From positions 21,221,365 through 21,285,364 of the forward strand of contig NC_092678.1 in assembly GCF_964355755.1 (NCBI RefSeq): a DNA stretch of 64,000 bases, read 5' to 3'. Source of the stretch: Antedon mediterranea. Its lineage: Eukaryota; Animalia; Echinodermata. The position numbers were made by a program, and so were the translations under genes. Of this stretch, positions 13,001 through 25,800 are shown in pieces (positions within the stretch are counted from its first letter, which is position 1; the number at the start of each line of letters is the position of its first letter). The notes under the pieces are model-generated. The model was not told the DNA's origin, made no database searches, and saw only the letters and a program-made list of their open reading frames with translations.

Positions 13001-16000
13001 GGCACACTAGTTAAACTAGTTTGATAGTGTCAAACACTGTAATCCCTTTACATATATTCTCGAAGAGAAAGAATTTTCTGTCTTTTGCAATTCCAATTTT
13101 TTGTATGTATCATATTTATAGTTCCTTCATTCTGCTTGGAAGAGTAACATTATAATATAAATCAGAAGTTTGTCTTCAAAACATTAAAACAAATACTTCA
13201 TTCAATTTTTTGTTTCTGCAGATTCCTCGCACCACAAGAATGATGTACGTACACAGCTATCAGAGTAAGATATGGAATGCAATGGCAACCAAACGTATAC
13301 AAGAATATGGTTTGAAACCTGTGGTTGGGGATCTTGCTTTAGGTATGTGAAACAAGGGATACTTCCCTGTGAAACAAACTAGTGCAATAAATCAAACCTT
13401 TATCCGTGGACACCTCTAAAGCTCTGTCTAACTAAAAAGTGTGGCCAAATATGGTAGTGATATGACATCATTATGTCCATATATGAGCACATCACATTTT
13501 TTGTCACAAACTTTGATAGTGTAGACAGAGCTCAGCTCAGCTCAGCTTTAGTTATTTATTTATTTATTCTTTCTTTATTCTGCAGGCACTTTCAGTACTA
13601 GTGCACTGATTTCCAAAGTGGTACAGTAATTGAAAATATAACAAACATAATAAAATAAAGACAAAGAGTAATTGAAATATACATTAAAAATAGTAATCAA
13701 TTTTAGAAAACAAAAAAAAATTCAGTTAATATTTTTTTGAGTACTAATTGTATTTTGGAATGAAGTTATTGAAAAATCTTTAAAGCTTGAGTCCCCTTGA
13801 TAGGTAATCTACAGTGTTAGTATTTTGAACACACATTTAGATGTGTAAATAAAACATTAATTGTATTGATGGAATGTAAAGCCGTCCTGTGTACATATAG
13901 TAAACTTGGTATACTATTCGAAAAAGAGTAGGTGATCGTCTCTCCACGTATCTGGTAGGCGCTGCACTGCTGGCTGCCGTGTGCCCATAGTGGGCCTAAT
14001 CCGAATTTCCTCAGTTTCCAGATAAGCTTGAGGACCAGCATAAATACATTTACCTTTTATCTTTAGATGGTGACTCCAACAAGAATGCTTATGTTGTGAC
14101 TGATAGTGACCTCAATGAGTTGAAAATAGAAGATATTGTGCTCCCTCAGCCAGGATATAATATAATATATCCTACCCATTCAAGTAAGGCCCTGGAATTA
14201 CTGACTTATAGAATCAATTAAATTTGCATACATGTGTTCAGTGTTTTTGATTTCCATAATAAAGTAAATAATTGATTCAAAAAATAAAATGATAGAAATA
14301 TTCAACAATACATGACATTTTAACATAGTTTAAAACTGACTCCAAATAATGAGAGGCAAGCCATGATTAAAAGTGTCGATCTTTATTTGATCATCATCAG
14401 GAATAATATTAATTAATAATAGAAAATTAATATTTCATATTAAAGATTGTCCTGAAAAAAAACATGAAAAATAAAGATTAATATAATCAGACTTTGAATA
14501 TATTTTGTTTACTTCCATAAAAATAAAATGAACAATGAAAATGATGTTTTCAGGCGATAATATATCTTTAATATGTAGTCTATGAAAAAGTAGAGTATAT
14601 TCAGAATTAATGTTTGGTTTTATTTCTGTGTACAATTTGACAGTTGGTGACCAATACAAAGCTATGATGGAAGAAGATGGAGTCACCTTACAAAGTCTCA
14701 AACATGAAGTAAAGTAAGTGGTATTCCTACTATATGGCTGTTATTTCAACTGAAGCTTGCTTGCCTATCCTATGCTATTTGGTTCAAATCCCAAACTCAT
14801 CATAATTTTTTCTATTTTTGTTCTTTACTTTCAGAGAGTATTCTCTGCCCGGTGCTTACCGTAAAATAATCGTGAAACCATCTAACGTTAACTGGTAAGT
14901 CAACAAAGAGGATATATTATTAATTAGGGTGGCTTTTTCTTATTCTCACAGATTTAGGTTTCAGTGTACCTCTGGCCTTTATTTTTTTTTCTCTATATCA
15001 TCATCAATTCTTATTCTCTATTGCTAGAAACATACAAAACAACAAAAAACACCAGAAAGTAAAGTTGAAAAAAAACCCAAAAGGGAACTAAATCCCTGTA
15101 GCCTGTGTCCTCGTATCAATACAATAAACACTATCATCAATTATGTTTTGTTTTTTTTAAACCATATTTAATGAGGGTGATCCATGCCGCTATTCCTGAA
15201 CATTAGGGACCCTCAGAGGTTCACAAGACAAACATATACACAAGATGCTCTACATAAACAAAGTCTTATTACAAGTCTTTGGGAGTGGAGTAATTTGGCC
15301 CTTAGACTTTGAAAAAAATCCTGACATGTAACAGGACTTCAACCCAGGACCCTTGGAGTGGTAGCCAAGCATCATAACCACCAAGCCACAACTCCACTCC
15401 CAAAACACCAGAATGTGAATGTTTATGAGTGCAATGGTACAAATAGATTCATAATGTAAAAGATATAATTCTACTTTGACATAAGGAATTTATTTAGGTG
15501 TTGTATAAACACAAAATAGAACTGAAATATGCTGGGCAAAGCAACTTTAAAGCAAAATGCTGAAACTCAAATGAGCCAGCTACCCTTACTCTGCTAATAT
15601 TCTTCTTTAATCTCCGGTTTGTTAGCGTCAAAACGTGTTAAATTCTAAACCAAGAGCTTAAATAAAAGCCTTAGTCACATCATGAACATTACTTTCCAAA
15701 AGTATCGTGAACATTTGTCACTATTAATTCAAATTACAGTTTAATATGTTCACGGCCAGTGAAGGTAATTACATGATAAATGGAATAATTGCGTTAAGAA
15801 AATGATTTGATAATTTCAGCATGTTAATTTTCAGCATGTGATAGAATGTGTGTGATTTATGCAAACTATTATAAGTCTCATAATTCTTAAAATTTGTTAA
15901 AATTTGCGCTAAATCAATGTCATGCTGTTTATGACGTCAACCTGGAATGCAACAAAACAACTAAAAGCAACTAGTTTCACAAGATCGCTTATGCGGAACT

Positions 16001-17462
16001 GAAAAGATCCAGTGTGGGCGCTTTATGTCAACATGGAAATGATTGTAACTAGTCGTGGTTACCCATACCGTGGGTAACGATTCAAAGTTGTTTTTGTTTC
16101 GAATACGAATACGAATAGAACTTTATTGCAATCGAAAGATTGAAGTTTAACAAAAGCGTTTCACTCAGAAAAATAACATGCAATATAAAAATATTAAAAA
16201 AAAGGTAGTACAAACAATCAAAAAATTAAAACAAAATTTCAATTAAATATTAAAAGCTATATATATATATACATTCATAATTTTAAAAACAAGTTTAACT
16301 GAAAATGTTATAGGCCTCCTTTCCTTTCATTTGGAACGTATAAAACTTAACTTTGCTTATTTCAACTGTGCTCTGTTGTTCTTTGTTGACATACCATGAA
16401 TATTTTGCGAGAAAATTATTTTAAAACATCTACAGCTTAATACAACAAACTTTCTTCCATCTTGTATTCGCTGAGTTTGTGTCAACCGAAATTGAAAGTC
16501 AAGGTCAACTTTTTCTGGCTTAAGTTCAACATTTTAGTAAATAAAGACATTAAACATAATGACATTACGATTCCCTGGTGGAAAAGGGAACAAGTGTGAC
16601 AACTGAGGGGTCCTCCCGTGAGAAAAGTGACAAAAGTTTTTTTAAACTAGTTAACATTTAATCATGGTATACGTGCAAGATGAAACAAAATAGTATGTCG
16701 TTATATAATTAAGTAAATAAAAATAAATAGTTATACTTAAAGAGATCTTTTTAGATTGTTATCGTCTCTGGGTGTTAGCATGCCGTAGCGTATCTTTGCA
16801 AACTCTAGGGCATTTTGTACGTATGGATGCAGTGTTCATAGTTTTATTTTATTTTATTTTATTTTATTCAGTCAAAACCAACAGCGATAAATACCGCCAC
16901 TAACAGGTTTGAAACATAAAACAATACAACATCAAAAACGGTTGTTATATACCATATCCAATTGCCTCATTTATATAATATTTATATCATATTTTCATAT
17001 TAGAAGTAGGCAGCTAACACAAACATTGAATATTTCTAAAGTAATTATTTGTTTTTTTTTAATTTCAGGTCAATTTTGAAGTATAATGATAGTCTTTTAC
17101 CACTGACTCAATCGGATTTAGAGGTATTCGAAGGAAAATCGCTCCCACAGTCTGTTACAGGTAAGTTATAGTTTAATGTGACATGATGATGCAACCATTG
17201 TCTCTAAGGGCTTTGTTTGTTTAATTTAGTTTTTCTAACTTTCTATCCAATAAGAAATGCAGTATATTATAATATATCTGGTTGTTGTAAAGCGTTTTGC
17301 TTCATAGTTTTGAAATTTTTTTTTTGCTGTGTAGATGGAAAGTTGAAAGCGCTCAAAATGGAGTTTTCCTTACCACCGTCTGCCTATGCAACAATGGCAG
17401 TCAGAGAGGTGACCAAGATGGACACATCTGTCAGTTTCCAGTCAAGCATAACCAATTACTGA
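4067..17462 (+). CDS. PUS7: Pseudouridylate synthase 7 homolog (TruD family), 3' part; 5' exons lie upstream of the window
   Basis: Eleven GT-AG exons with matching phases: 4067-4132 ([21 protein letters not shown]), 5642-5704 ([21 protein letters not shown]), 9692-9817 ([12 protein letters not shown]), 12292-12353 ([19 protein letters not shown]), 12693-12850, 13222-13342 ([19 protein letters not shown]...GLKPVVGDL), 14067-14183 ([14 protein letters not shown]), 14644-14713, 14835-14894 ([15 protein letters not shown]), 17069-17160, 17335-17462 ([22 protein letters not shown]...stop). Motifs are collinear with the known PUS7/TruD C-terminal half. I did not find the catalytic GTKD exon in the window. 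Confidence 0.96.
4240..5090 (+). repeat. Degenerate intronic tandem repeat, ~140-170-bp period, interrupted by a partial family-A MITE (~4485-4607)
   Basis: Recurrent blocks CATGACCTCAATCAT / TTTTTGCCAAAA / TAAATTTGCAT / CCCCACCCTA. Confidence 0.6.
5297..5500. mobile_element. Tourist/PIF-Harbinger-like MITE (family A) with perfect TTA target-site duplication
   Basis: TIR AGCTCTGTCTACACTATCAAA...TTTGATAGTGTAGACAGAGCT; TTA at 5294-5296 and 5501-5503; five internal 21-bp repeats. A 3-bp TWA TSD is typical of PIF/Harbinger. Confidence 0.88.
7458..7609. mobile_element. Family-A MITE, diverged copy
   Basis: AGCCCTATCTACACTATCAAACT...GTAGACAGAACT with internal CATATCACTACCATATTT repeats. Confidence 0.75.
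8645..8661 (-). promoter_or_regulatory. Perfect AGGTCA DR5 nuclear-receptor-type element (candidate)
   Basis: TGACCT-TTCTG-TGACCT, i.e. AGGTCA(n5)AGGTCA on the minus strand, in a PUS7 intron. Motif match only. Confidence 0.25.
10394..10755. mobile_element. Tc1/pogo-like MITE (family B) copy
   Basis: Starts TA|CAGTAGAAACCC; internal GGGACA(T/C)CCCTATT repeats and the TGAAATGAACAAAAGGCAATAT block. Related pieces occur at ~1-60, 2480-2940, 12378-12520, 19680-19737 and 25679-25810. Confidence 0.65.
11446..11665 (+). mobile_element. tRNA-derived SINE
   Basis: Head GCTCCAATGGTCTAGTGGTAGG...GGGTCCGAATCTC with Pol III A-box and degenerate B-box; no intact cloverleaf; body ends in AATAAAT. Confidence 0.6.
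13420..13532. mobile_element. Family-A MITE, inverted and partly deleted
   Basis: AGCTCTGTCTA...TTTGATAGTGTAGACAGAGCT. Confidence 0.75.
15150..15395 (-). mobile_element. tRNA-derived SINE (3' boundary approximate)
   Basis: Minus strand reads GGAGTTGTGGCTTGGTGGTTATGATGCTTGGC...CCTGGGTTGAAGTCCTG (A-box and degenerate B-box), followed by a non-tRNA body. Confidence 0.55.
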
Positions 17463-19882
17463 TCATGTGACCAAGATGGACAGATCTGACAGTTTCCAGT
17501 CAAGCATAACTAATTGACAGTGAGGTTCATAGATCAAATGTTTAAAAAGGCAGAAGAAATCATGGCATAAAAGCAATACCTTACTACTCAAAGACCTCAT
17601 ATTAATAAGTTCTACTTCCATTACAAAAATAAGAGCTGCTCGTTGCAGCCCCATTGCAGCTCAACAATACCTTCACAGCTACGTCGAATTATATCCCCTT
17701 TAACTTTGTTCTTTCTGGTATAACCAAAAAATATACAAAAGAAGAATGAGCAATCGTTGGTTTTTCCTGCAACACTAATGGTTTCCCATGGAGTAATGTA
17801 TGCGTACGTCGAGATGTATCTGGAGCTGTATTACCGAAGCTTTTGCAGTCTATTTCCTCCTAAACGTAGCCAATACATGTGGGCTAATGCACCTTTCGCA
17901 AAATACAAATATGTTGAACAGTGATTTTCACGAAAAATGTGTTTTTAGACAAAGTTCTCAATCAACAAGCGTTCAGACATTTTCAGGTCACATTGAGGTC
18001 AAAGATGTTTGTAGAATGTGGTATGAGCTAGTCTACATGTATACAATTTCTACATTGTCCCTCTTGAGAACAGGCAGCGGAGCTGGTATGAACAAAGCGG
18101 GTGAACAATATCAACCTTAAAGCCAAACATGTTAAGGCCTGTCATCTAGAACGGAAACATTGTGGAAACATAGGTGACACAGATATTCAAAACATTACAA
18201 TCAAGTTATTAAATTTATAAATGCGGGTGGCAAAAGAATTTATTGCATACAGTACTCAAACATAAAAAGAGAAAAGCACAATTCTTAATAGTATTAATCA
18301 AAATATTAGACAAGAAAAAGTAAGACAAATCAAGTGTACGACATTCATTCACAAAAATATAAAATTATTTTACTACTTTACAAATTCCTTAAATCTGGAT
18401 TAAAAAAATCAAGAAATTACACAAAAACTATGTACCTAATCTTATTCCGATAACAGAGCCAACCATCACACCCTGGCGATTGTTGTTTACAGGGGTGAAT
18501 TAGAAAAGTAAACATTCCCCCTCCTGCTTTTGAAGTTGCAAAAATAGTGTGCAAAATTATAAAAGTTCAGCATATGAACTATTGTCCCTCCCTTCCACCA
18601 TTCTAAATTTTGGGAATGCAACTGTCTAGTAACGATAAATTATTCGTGTAGATGGCTCTCAAGAATTACCTGTTGAAAAGCACACATTTAGAACACAAAC
18701 ACATCATTTTTATGAAATATGGAAATGGCATATCAAGAAAAAAAACACAAAACAGCACATTTAAGAATATACAAGAGAAACTGTCATGAAAAATATATAA
18801 AGGACCACAAAGTACAAATTTTAAAATAGAAATATGAAATTAAGAAAAAGATATTTACATCACAAAGGTTATCACCTTTGACAAGTTAAATGAGATAGAG
18901 TTCATATTTACAAATCCTGCCTTCTATTTTTTTTCTTCAATAAAGACATACTTTTAAATATATTTGTGTTTTTTTGGTTATTTTAATTAATTAGATATAT
19001 TTATCAATTAATTTCATATGTGAAAACATGTTTATTTTATACAATCTGTTTTTAGTGTGTATAATAGGATATTTCCATAGCTGTGATATACGTAAAGAGT
19101 GTCAACTTTAATAAATTTGCACCGTGGAGAAGGACCATGAAATATAGTTGCATCGCATCAGAAAATATACACCGGTTTAAACCTGAAGACGAATTCACAG
19201 TACAGTACGCTACAGTATTTGTTTACAGATAAGGCATTCATTTTGAGGAGTTCCTCCCCCCGTTTGCATCACTTGGCTTAGTTGACTCTCTAGTTGTATA
19301 ATACCTATATGGGATTTTCAATGTTGTGTGCTGTTAAAAAAAATCCAATGAGGCTGATGATGTTGATATACTACAAGGCAGTCATTTTGAGGAGTCCCTC
19401 CCCCTGTTTGTATCACTTTGCTGTCGCTAAGTTGACTCTCTAGTTGTATAATATGAGATTTTCAATTTTGTGTGCTTATGTTGATATACTGTAACAATGT
19501 CTGCAGCATTTCATGAAGGCTTTGACCATATTCCATTCCTTTGATTGAATGCTTGTCAAATGAACTGTTCAATCCAACAAAACAGCATGCAGCATAAATT
19601 AATCACATCTCGTGACCATAGCATTAAGATTGCATTTAGAGTGAAGCACTTAGAGGAGCCATATACTGAAATATTTGTATATGGCCAACCTCTATTCAGG
19701 GGACACCCCTAAAGTTTCCTCTTAATAAGGGTTCTAATGAATTCAAACTTCTTGAAAACTCCTACTCATCTTTGGACAACTTTGCAATAAACTAAATTAT
19801 CCCTATCCCCCCACCCTATCCATCGCACCTGCACAAAGACACTCTGATCTTTGATGGGAGGGTAAGCTGTATTCTAACAAGA

Positions 19883-22800
19883 CTAGCTCCCTCTTGAGTT
19901 TAAATCCTTTAATTGTAGACGATTCTGAAGTGTCTCTGGCAGATGCAAACTTTCTATGTTCTTTAGGCCATGCTGTCCTAACCGTTTGCGTACCACAATG
20001 GCGCACAGTTCCTGAAGAGTGCGTGGCGTCTGAGAAACTTGTCGCAGCCATTTACACATTTGCGTATGTCTTGCTAATTGCTTTGGTATACCACCGGTTT
20101 TCTGTTTAAAATAAATAATAATTTATATATAATAATAATAATAATAACACTACTAATAATAATAATAATAATAACAATAAAGAAAATAATAATATTGATA
20201 ATGTTCATCACTGAAAAAAATGTGGATTATGTTGGTCCTCTGTGGACCCATGGCAGCCACATTGCAGCGCCTACCAGGCTGATATGAATCCTACACAGGG
20301 TAGCGCATATGCTAAAGCCTCAATGCACTTAAAATACAATAAAATTCCAAAAAATTAATGAAAATACATAAAAACTGCCTTTGATAAAAAAAAATGTTTA
20401 TGTTAATTATTTCTTGGACTTTTTCAAACAGAACAAATTAGTTTTTTTTAAATTTATAATTACATTGTTTGAAACTTGCATGATAAATAAACAAAAACAA
20501 ATCTGTTTTTGTTGGAATCAACCAAGTTGAAAAAAATATTTGTCATTTTTGACAGCTAAAAAATATAAGTATCTATATAATTTAGCAAGAAAACTCCTAA
20601 ACAACAATGTATTAATAATACATATAAATCTGAAATACATTACTGTATAGCATAACATTTTAAATTACCTACACCTCAATGGAATAGACCATGTGGCTCT
20701 ACCACTTGTTATGCAAATGAAGGTCAAAGATCTCTGGAAATAGCAAGTACAACAGCAGTGTGGTATTGGCGGTACTGGGAAGAAGTATTGGGATAGTGGT
20801 AGTAGTCATTAGTTAATACAAAGCCTAAGTAAGTCTACATTCAAATATTTTGACTCTATTTTAGTTGATTATGTGAAGAATAGCTTTTTAAAAAATGTTG
20901 ATGCAGTGTAGTTAATTGAGCAAGACTATTCTAGGCCCTTTGAAGACTGTAATTGCATGTACATTGCATTCAGTTTAAACACTGCTATTGAGGACTGGTA
21001 CAGACTAAAAGAATTGAATGTGTAGGCCTACAACACCTTCACCCATTGTAGTACAATAACCACTGATGTTTAGTAATAAATTATTGTGTATTGTTAATAT
21101 AAAGGGCATGTTTTGGATGCAGTTCAAAATGGCTGCATATTCTGTGGATTACCATAGAAATGTATATTGATGAATCTACAGTATTCTAGGTATAGTACTG
21201 TGTTAAGTTTGTACAAATGGAGTGTACTGTAAATTTTAAATTTATTTATTGTTTTGTCAGATTGTTGTGTCTAAAACATTGCAGCCATGTTGAAGAAACT
21301 TCTTACGATTGGGTGCATTGTCTGTCTTGTCTTCATTTACTGTGATGCAGTCACCGACAAATACAAAAGAACCAGTGCCTTCGCCGCTACTAAGATCACT
21401 CCTATTGGCAGTATCCAAAGCAACATTACAAGCTACGATAACATTGTGACTAACGTCGGCAACGATTTTGACGACGCTGCTGGTTCTTTCACGTGCAGGG
21501 TACCTGGGTTGTACTTCTTCAAATTTCATTTCCCGCAAACGGTGACGAATTACGAATTGACATTAATTACGCTTTTTAAGAACAGCTTTGGTTCAGCAGA
21601 AACGGAAATCACCAGTGCTTTTCAGCCGGCATCACGGGAAGACTACGGTGGCGGGGGCGCATTAGCCGAACTGGTTGCTGGTGAGAAAGTGTACCTGTAC
21701 CTAGATGGGAATCTGCCTTTACAAGCAGATAAACCATTAGTTTTTAATGGATTTCTACTCTACAGAACTGATAAAGATGAAATAAAGATGAAAAAAGCAA
21801 TGTTCTCAATCTGAGAAAGACACTATTGTTTAATATAAAAAAAATTAACTAATCTGTTTAGGCTATAATAGAGAATTGATTGGAGTATGCATATGTTTAG
21901 AAATATGAATAAAGGATTCTATTGTATTTAATATTCACATGAGTAAATGACGTTTGAATAAAGAACACCAAAGATAAAACTGTGATGATTATTCTAATTT
22001 ACTAAGTAGCATATTATATCCCCTTAAAATATTCCTCTACAGGTACTGTGGAAATATAACCTAGAGAAAAAATTGTAAAGAAATAGCAATACTTGTTACT
22101 TCCTAGAGAAAAAATTGTAAAGAAATTGCAATACTTGTGACTTGCTATCGCTGCTACTTAAATGAAAACAACTAAATGAGTGTTCTCTGCACTTGAAATA
22201 TCCAACCAAATTCTGCTGCATTAAATGTATTTTGTCCAATCAAACACCTGGGTTATAATTACATCTGTCTGTGTGATGCATGAATTAAAATAGTCATCAT
22301 ATTTATATTAATATAGAGGGGGTAAGCCTCATTCTGAATACAAGAGTCTTTGAAATAACTAATCTAGAACTATAAACTAAAATCAAACCGTGTTCATAAT
22401 ACGAATAATACTAAACACAATTTTTAGAAATGGAGAACTTGTGCATTTAATATGCAACCCTTGAGAGGGAATATGAATTTTCAAGTAATATGATTCTAAA
22501 AATCCTACTATATTTAGGAGATGTTTGTGCTTTTTAATTGTTTTGATAAATAATGGATTTTGTGTGGGTTCAATATATGACTATGAATTGAAAATAGTTG
22601 TAAATGCAAAATCTGGGCATTTTAATATCTTCAATAGTGGTAAATTCAATTTTTTTTTAAAGTTAAAACTCTCGTTTAACAAATTATATTTTGGCTTATT
22701 CATTTATTTTACCAGATGTGTAAACTTTAATAATACTGTATTAATAACAAATATTTAACACAATCATCATGGAACCTAAATGGTATAGTCCAAAACAGAT

Positions 22801-25800
22801 TTCCCAGAATTCTTCACTACTAATTTGAATAAGCAGGTATTTTGAGGAAGTATCTTTAGTCACTCAACAGCCTTACAGGGAACAGCTACCACACTCTACT
22901 GTCTGGTGTTGTCCACCATTTTGTTTTTACAGTAGTAACAACTTGAAACATACAGATAATTTATCTTGTGGTTTTTGGGGTAAGTTTTCAGTATTAAATT
23001 AGTTTTTTTATTATTTTTCTTTTCAATTTAAAAGTACTTTGATTATAAATAACTAAACCTTAACTTGTCTAAGCTAGGCCAGCAAACCTAGAAATTCTAT
23101 TTAGTCTGGTTCAACACAGTAGGTGCTCTTTCTAGGTAGTCTTTGTTGGTACTAAAATATACTAAGATGCATGTAGGCCTATGCCTGTACATTGTGTGTA
23201 ATGACTATCACAATTTTACTTTATTTATCTAAGGCGATTAATGGTTCTTTTAAGAGTAAACTACTTTATAAAATTGTTTGTGTAAATTGGTTTTGAAGAT
23301 CTATCAAAGATTTATCTGTGTTGACAAACTCTAGCATATCAATGGTGTTTAGCAGCTTTCCTTTTATACCTCTGTGTTGTATTTATGAATGGATAAATAA
23401 AATATTAACTTTTCAATTTCAGCTGTTGACATCATAATGCAACGTGTCCTACCGGTGTGTATATTACTCGCACTGTATCTACCAACATCATTTGCTCTGT
23501 CAAAGTATTTCCAAGACTCGGCTTTCAGTGCTAAATTCACTGGCACAATCAACAAGACAATTTCTGAAACGATCGAAGATTTTCAAACACCGGTTTTAAA
23601 CCGAGGAGAAGATTTTAACAGTGCTACCGGAACATTCACATGCGAATTACCTGGAACGTACTATTTCGAGATTGACGTACACTTGGCTGATGATCAAACG
23701 AACACGAAATTGTCAACAGATCTGGTCTTCATTAGTAATGTTGACAATCTGGTGTTGACCTCTAACCTGAAAATCTTGAATTCAGAGACGGCCAGTGTCG
23801 TTGCTCTTGGGGTTGGCGACAGAGTTCAGCTTCACGTGCCGTATGGTCTAGTTGAAACTTTTGACGATGATCATCCACTTGTATTAACTGGGTTCCTTTT
23901 AAATCGTAAGTTGTTTTTTTTTAAACTTTTGTTTCATAAATTGATTTTGAAAATAAAAATGCCTGGCCCACTGTGGTGGTATTGATATTGTGGCGATTTA
24001 AAAAAAATTAATTGATAACCTTAAGCATTACAAACTAAACTACCAATATGATCTAGTACTGAGGCCAGATTCATAACTTCTGAATGAGTGTAATAATCGC
24101 AAACATAATTTCTTAAATGTATGTTAATAAGATTATCTTATAAAAATAAATAAATCAAATCTTGCAGATGATTGTCATTGCGGAGGTAAGTTCACCAAAG
24201 AAGTGTCCTTTACAGTGGTCAACTTGATCCAACCCGGTGAGTCTATCGAATTGGGCAACGTCACCTACCAGTTGGCGCTCAACAACATCGGCAACTGTAT
24301 CAACGCCGATACAGGCATCTTCACGGCACCATACAGCGGAACTTATTACTTCTCTTTCACCGCCATCACAAAAGGAATGGTAACTTTCGAAATTAATAAA
24401 AATAACGAAGCAGTCTTAACAATGACAGATGGTGCGGATTTTGATTCTCTCTCCGGTAGTACTGTCCTTGCACTCGTAAAAGGCGATACGGTTCTGTTGG
24501 AATATTCTGCGGGTAGTCCAATTGAATTAGTAGGTGGATCTATTGTGTTTACAGGGTTTTTATTGTGAACATTTGAATTTTATTTAATTAATAATTCTAT
24601 CAAATTGTGTCAACATCTATCTATTGCAGTAATACCATATCTACATTTTGTAATCATTTTTTTTTCCATCAAAATAAATTGATTTTGAATTGGATTAACT
24701 CCAGTGTTTGGACATTGTCTTAATAATAAGATTTTATATACAGTACTAGCATTTATTTACTTTTGATTATAAACCATATTATCTGAAAGAATTCATATAC
24801 ATATATTTTGTTAGCTATTTTTTAGTTAGTTTAAATCATATATATTTACATAATTTTTTAAGTTGAATATATTATTTGGACTTATTTGAGCAAGTTATTA
24901 ATTTAACATTTTGAGACTTCAGTATCCATTTAAGTAATTACAGTATTATATTGGTATATTGCATAATGTATTGTATTGTTACCATCGCACCACACCTGAT
25001 AGTCATAGTCCTTACCTGACCATGTCGAAATGTTTACCTCACTTACTTGGTTTATAAAAGTGAACTTTGACCCAGCTTTGATGAGCAGCTTTATGCATTC
25101 AAGTTGACCATTGCAGGCAGCAGTGTACATTGGCGTGACACCCCAGTTGTCGCGTAGATCTACGTCAGCACCAGCCTAGAAAAAAAAACATGTATTAATA
25201 TCAAATACAAAATAATAAAAATTATAAACTGGTGAATTTATTGGTTTTTTTTTCTCTATGTCCTCAATTTTAGTATGGCAATTTCTTGTAAATTAATAAG
25301 TTGTTGTCAGAAGAAAATTGTTTTCGTAAGGTTGATTACATCCCGTTACCTTTATAAGAAGAGACATGCATTCTGGGTAAAGAGCTGACACGGCATGTAG
25401 CGGGGCTTGTCCGTGTTTACATTGACTGTTCACGTCTGCTCCGTTCTCAATTAAAACTTCTAGACAGTTTGCGTGTCCTTTATAAGCTGCCCAGTAGAGG
25501 GCAGACTTGCCATAAAAGTCTTTCCTATTTATACCTACAGTACCTGCAATAAAACAAAAGGTAATAATTGTGGTTTTAGGTACCGTAAAAAAAACCAGTT
25601 TATGAATGTTTTGGCATAGTCAAGGGGTTTATTCATCCTTTAATTTGGATACATGTATGTATAAATTTGTACATAGAGAGTAGAACCTTCGGGACCCAAA
25701 ATATGTCCCCTTATTATTAAATAGGGGTGTCCCCTGAATTGCAAGGTTGACCATAGTGTTAAAACATATATTGCCCCTTGTTCATTTCATAGGTAAGTGT

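Noticed and set aside
19803-20109. Track ORFs 19803-20051 (-) and 19894-20109 (+)
   Set aside because: Alternative-frame and antisense shadows of the true SOCS-box exon 20101-19883.
23906-23985. C-terminal tail of the 182-aa ORF, and the 121-aa ORF as a separate gene
   Set aside because: The tail is intron read-through past the GTAAGT donor at 23906; the 24203 ORF has no signal peptide and splices in frame to the upstream exon.
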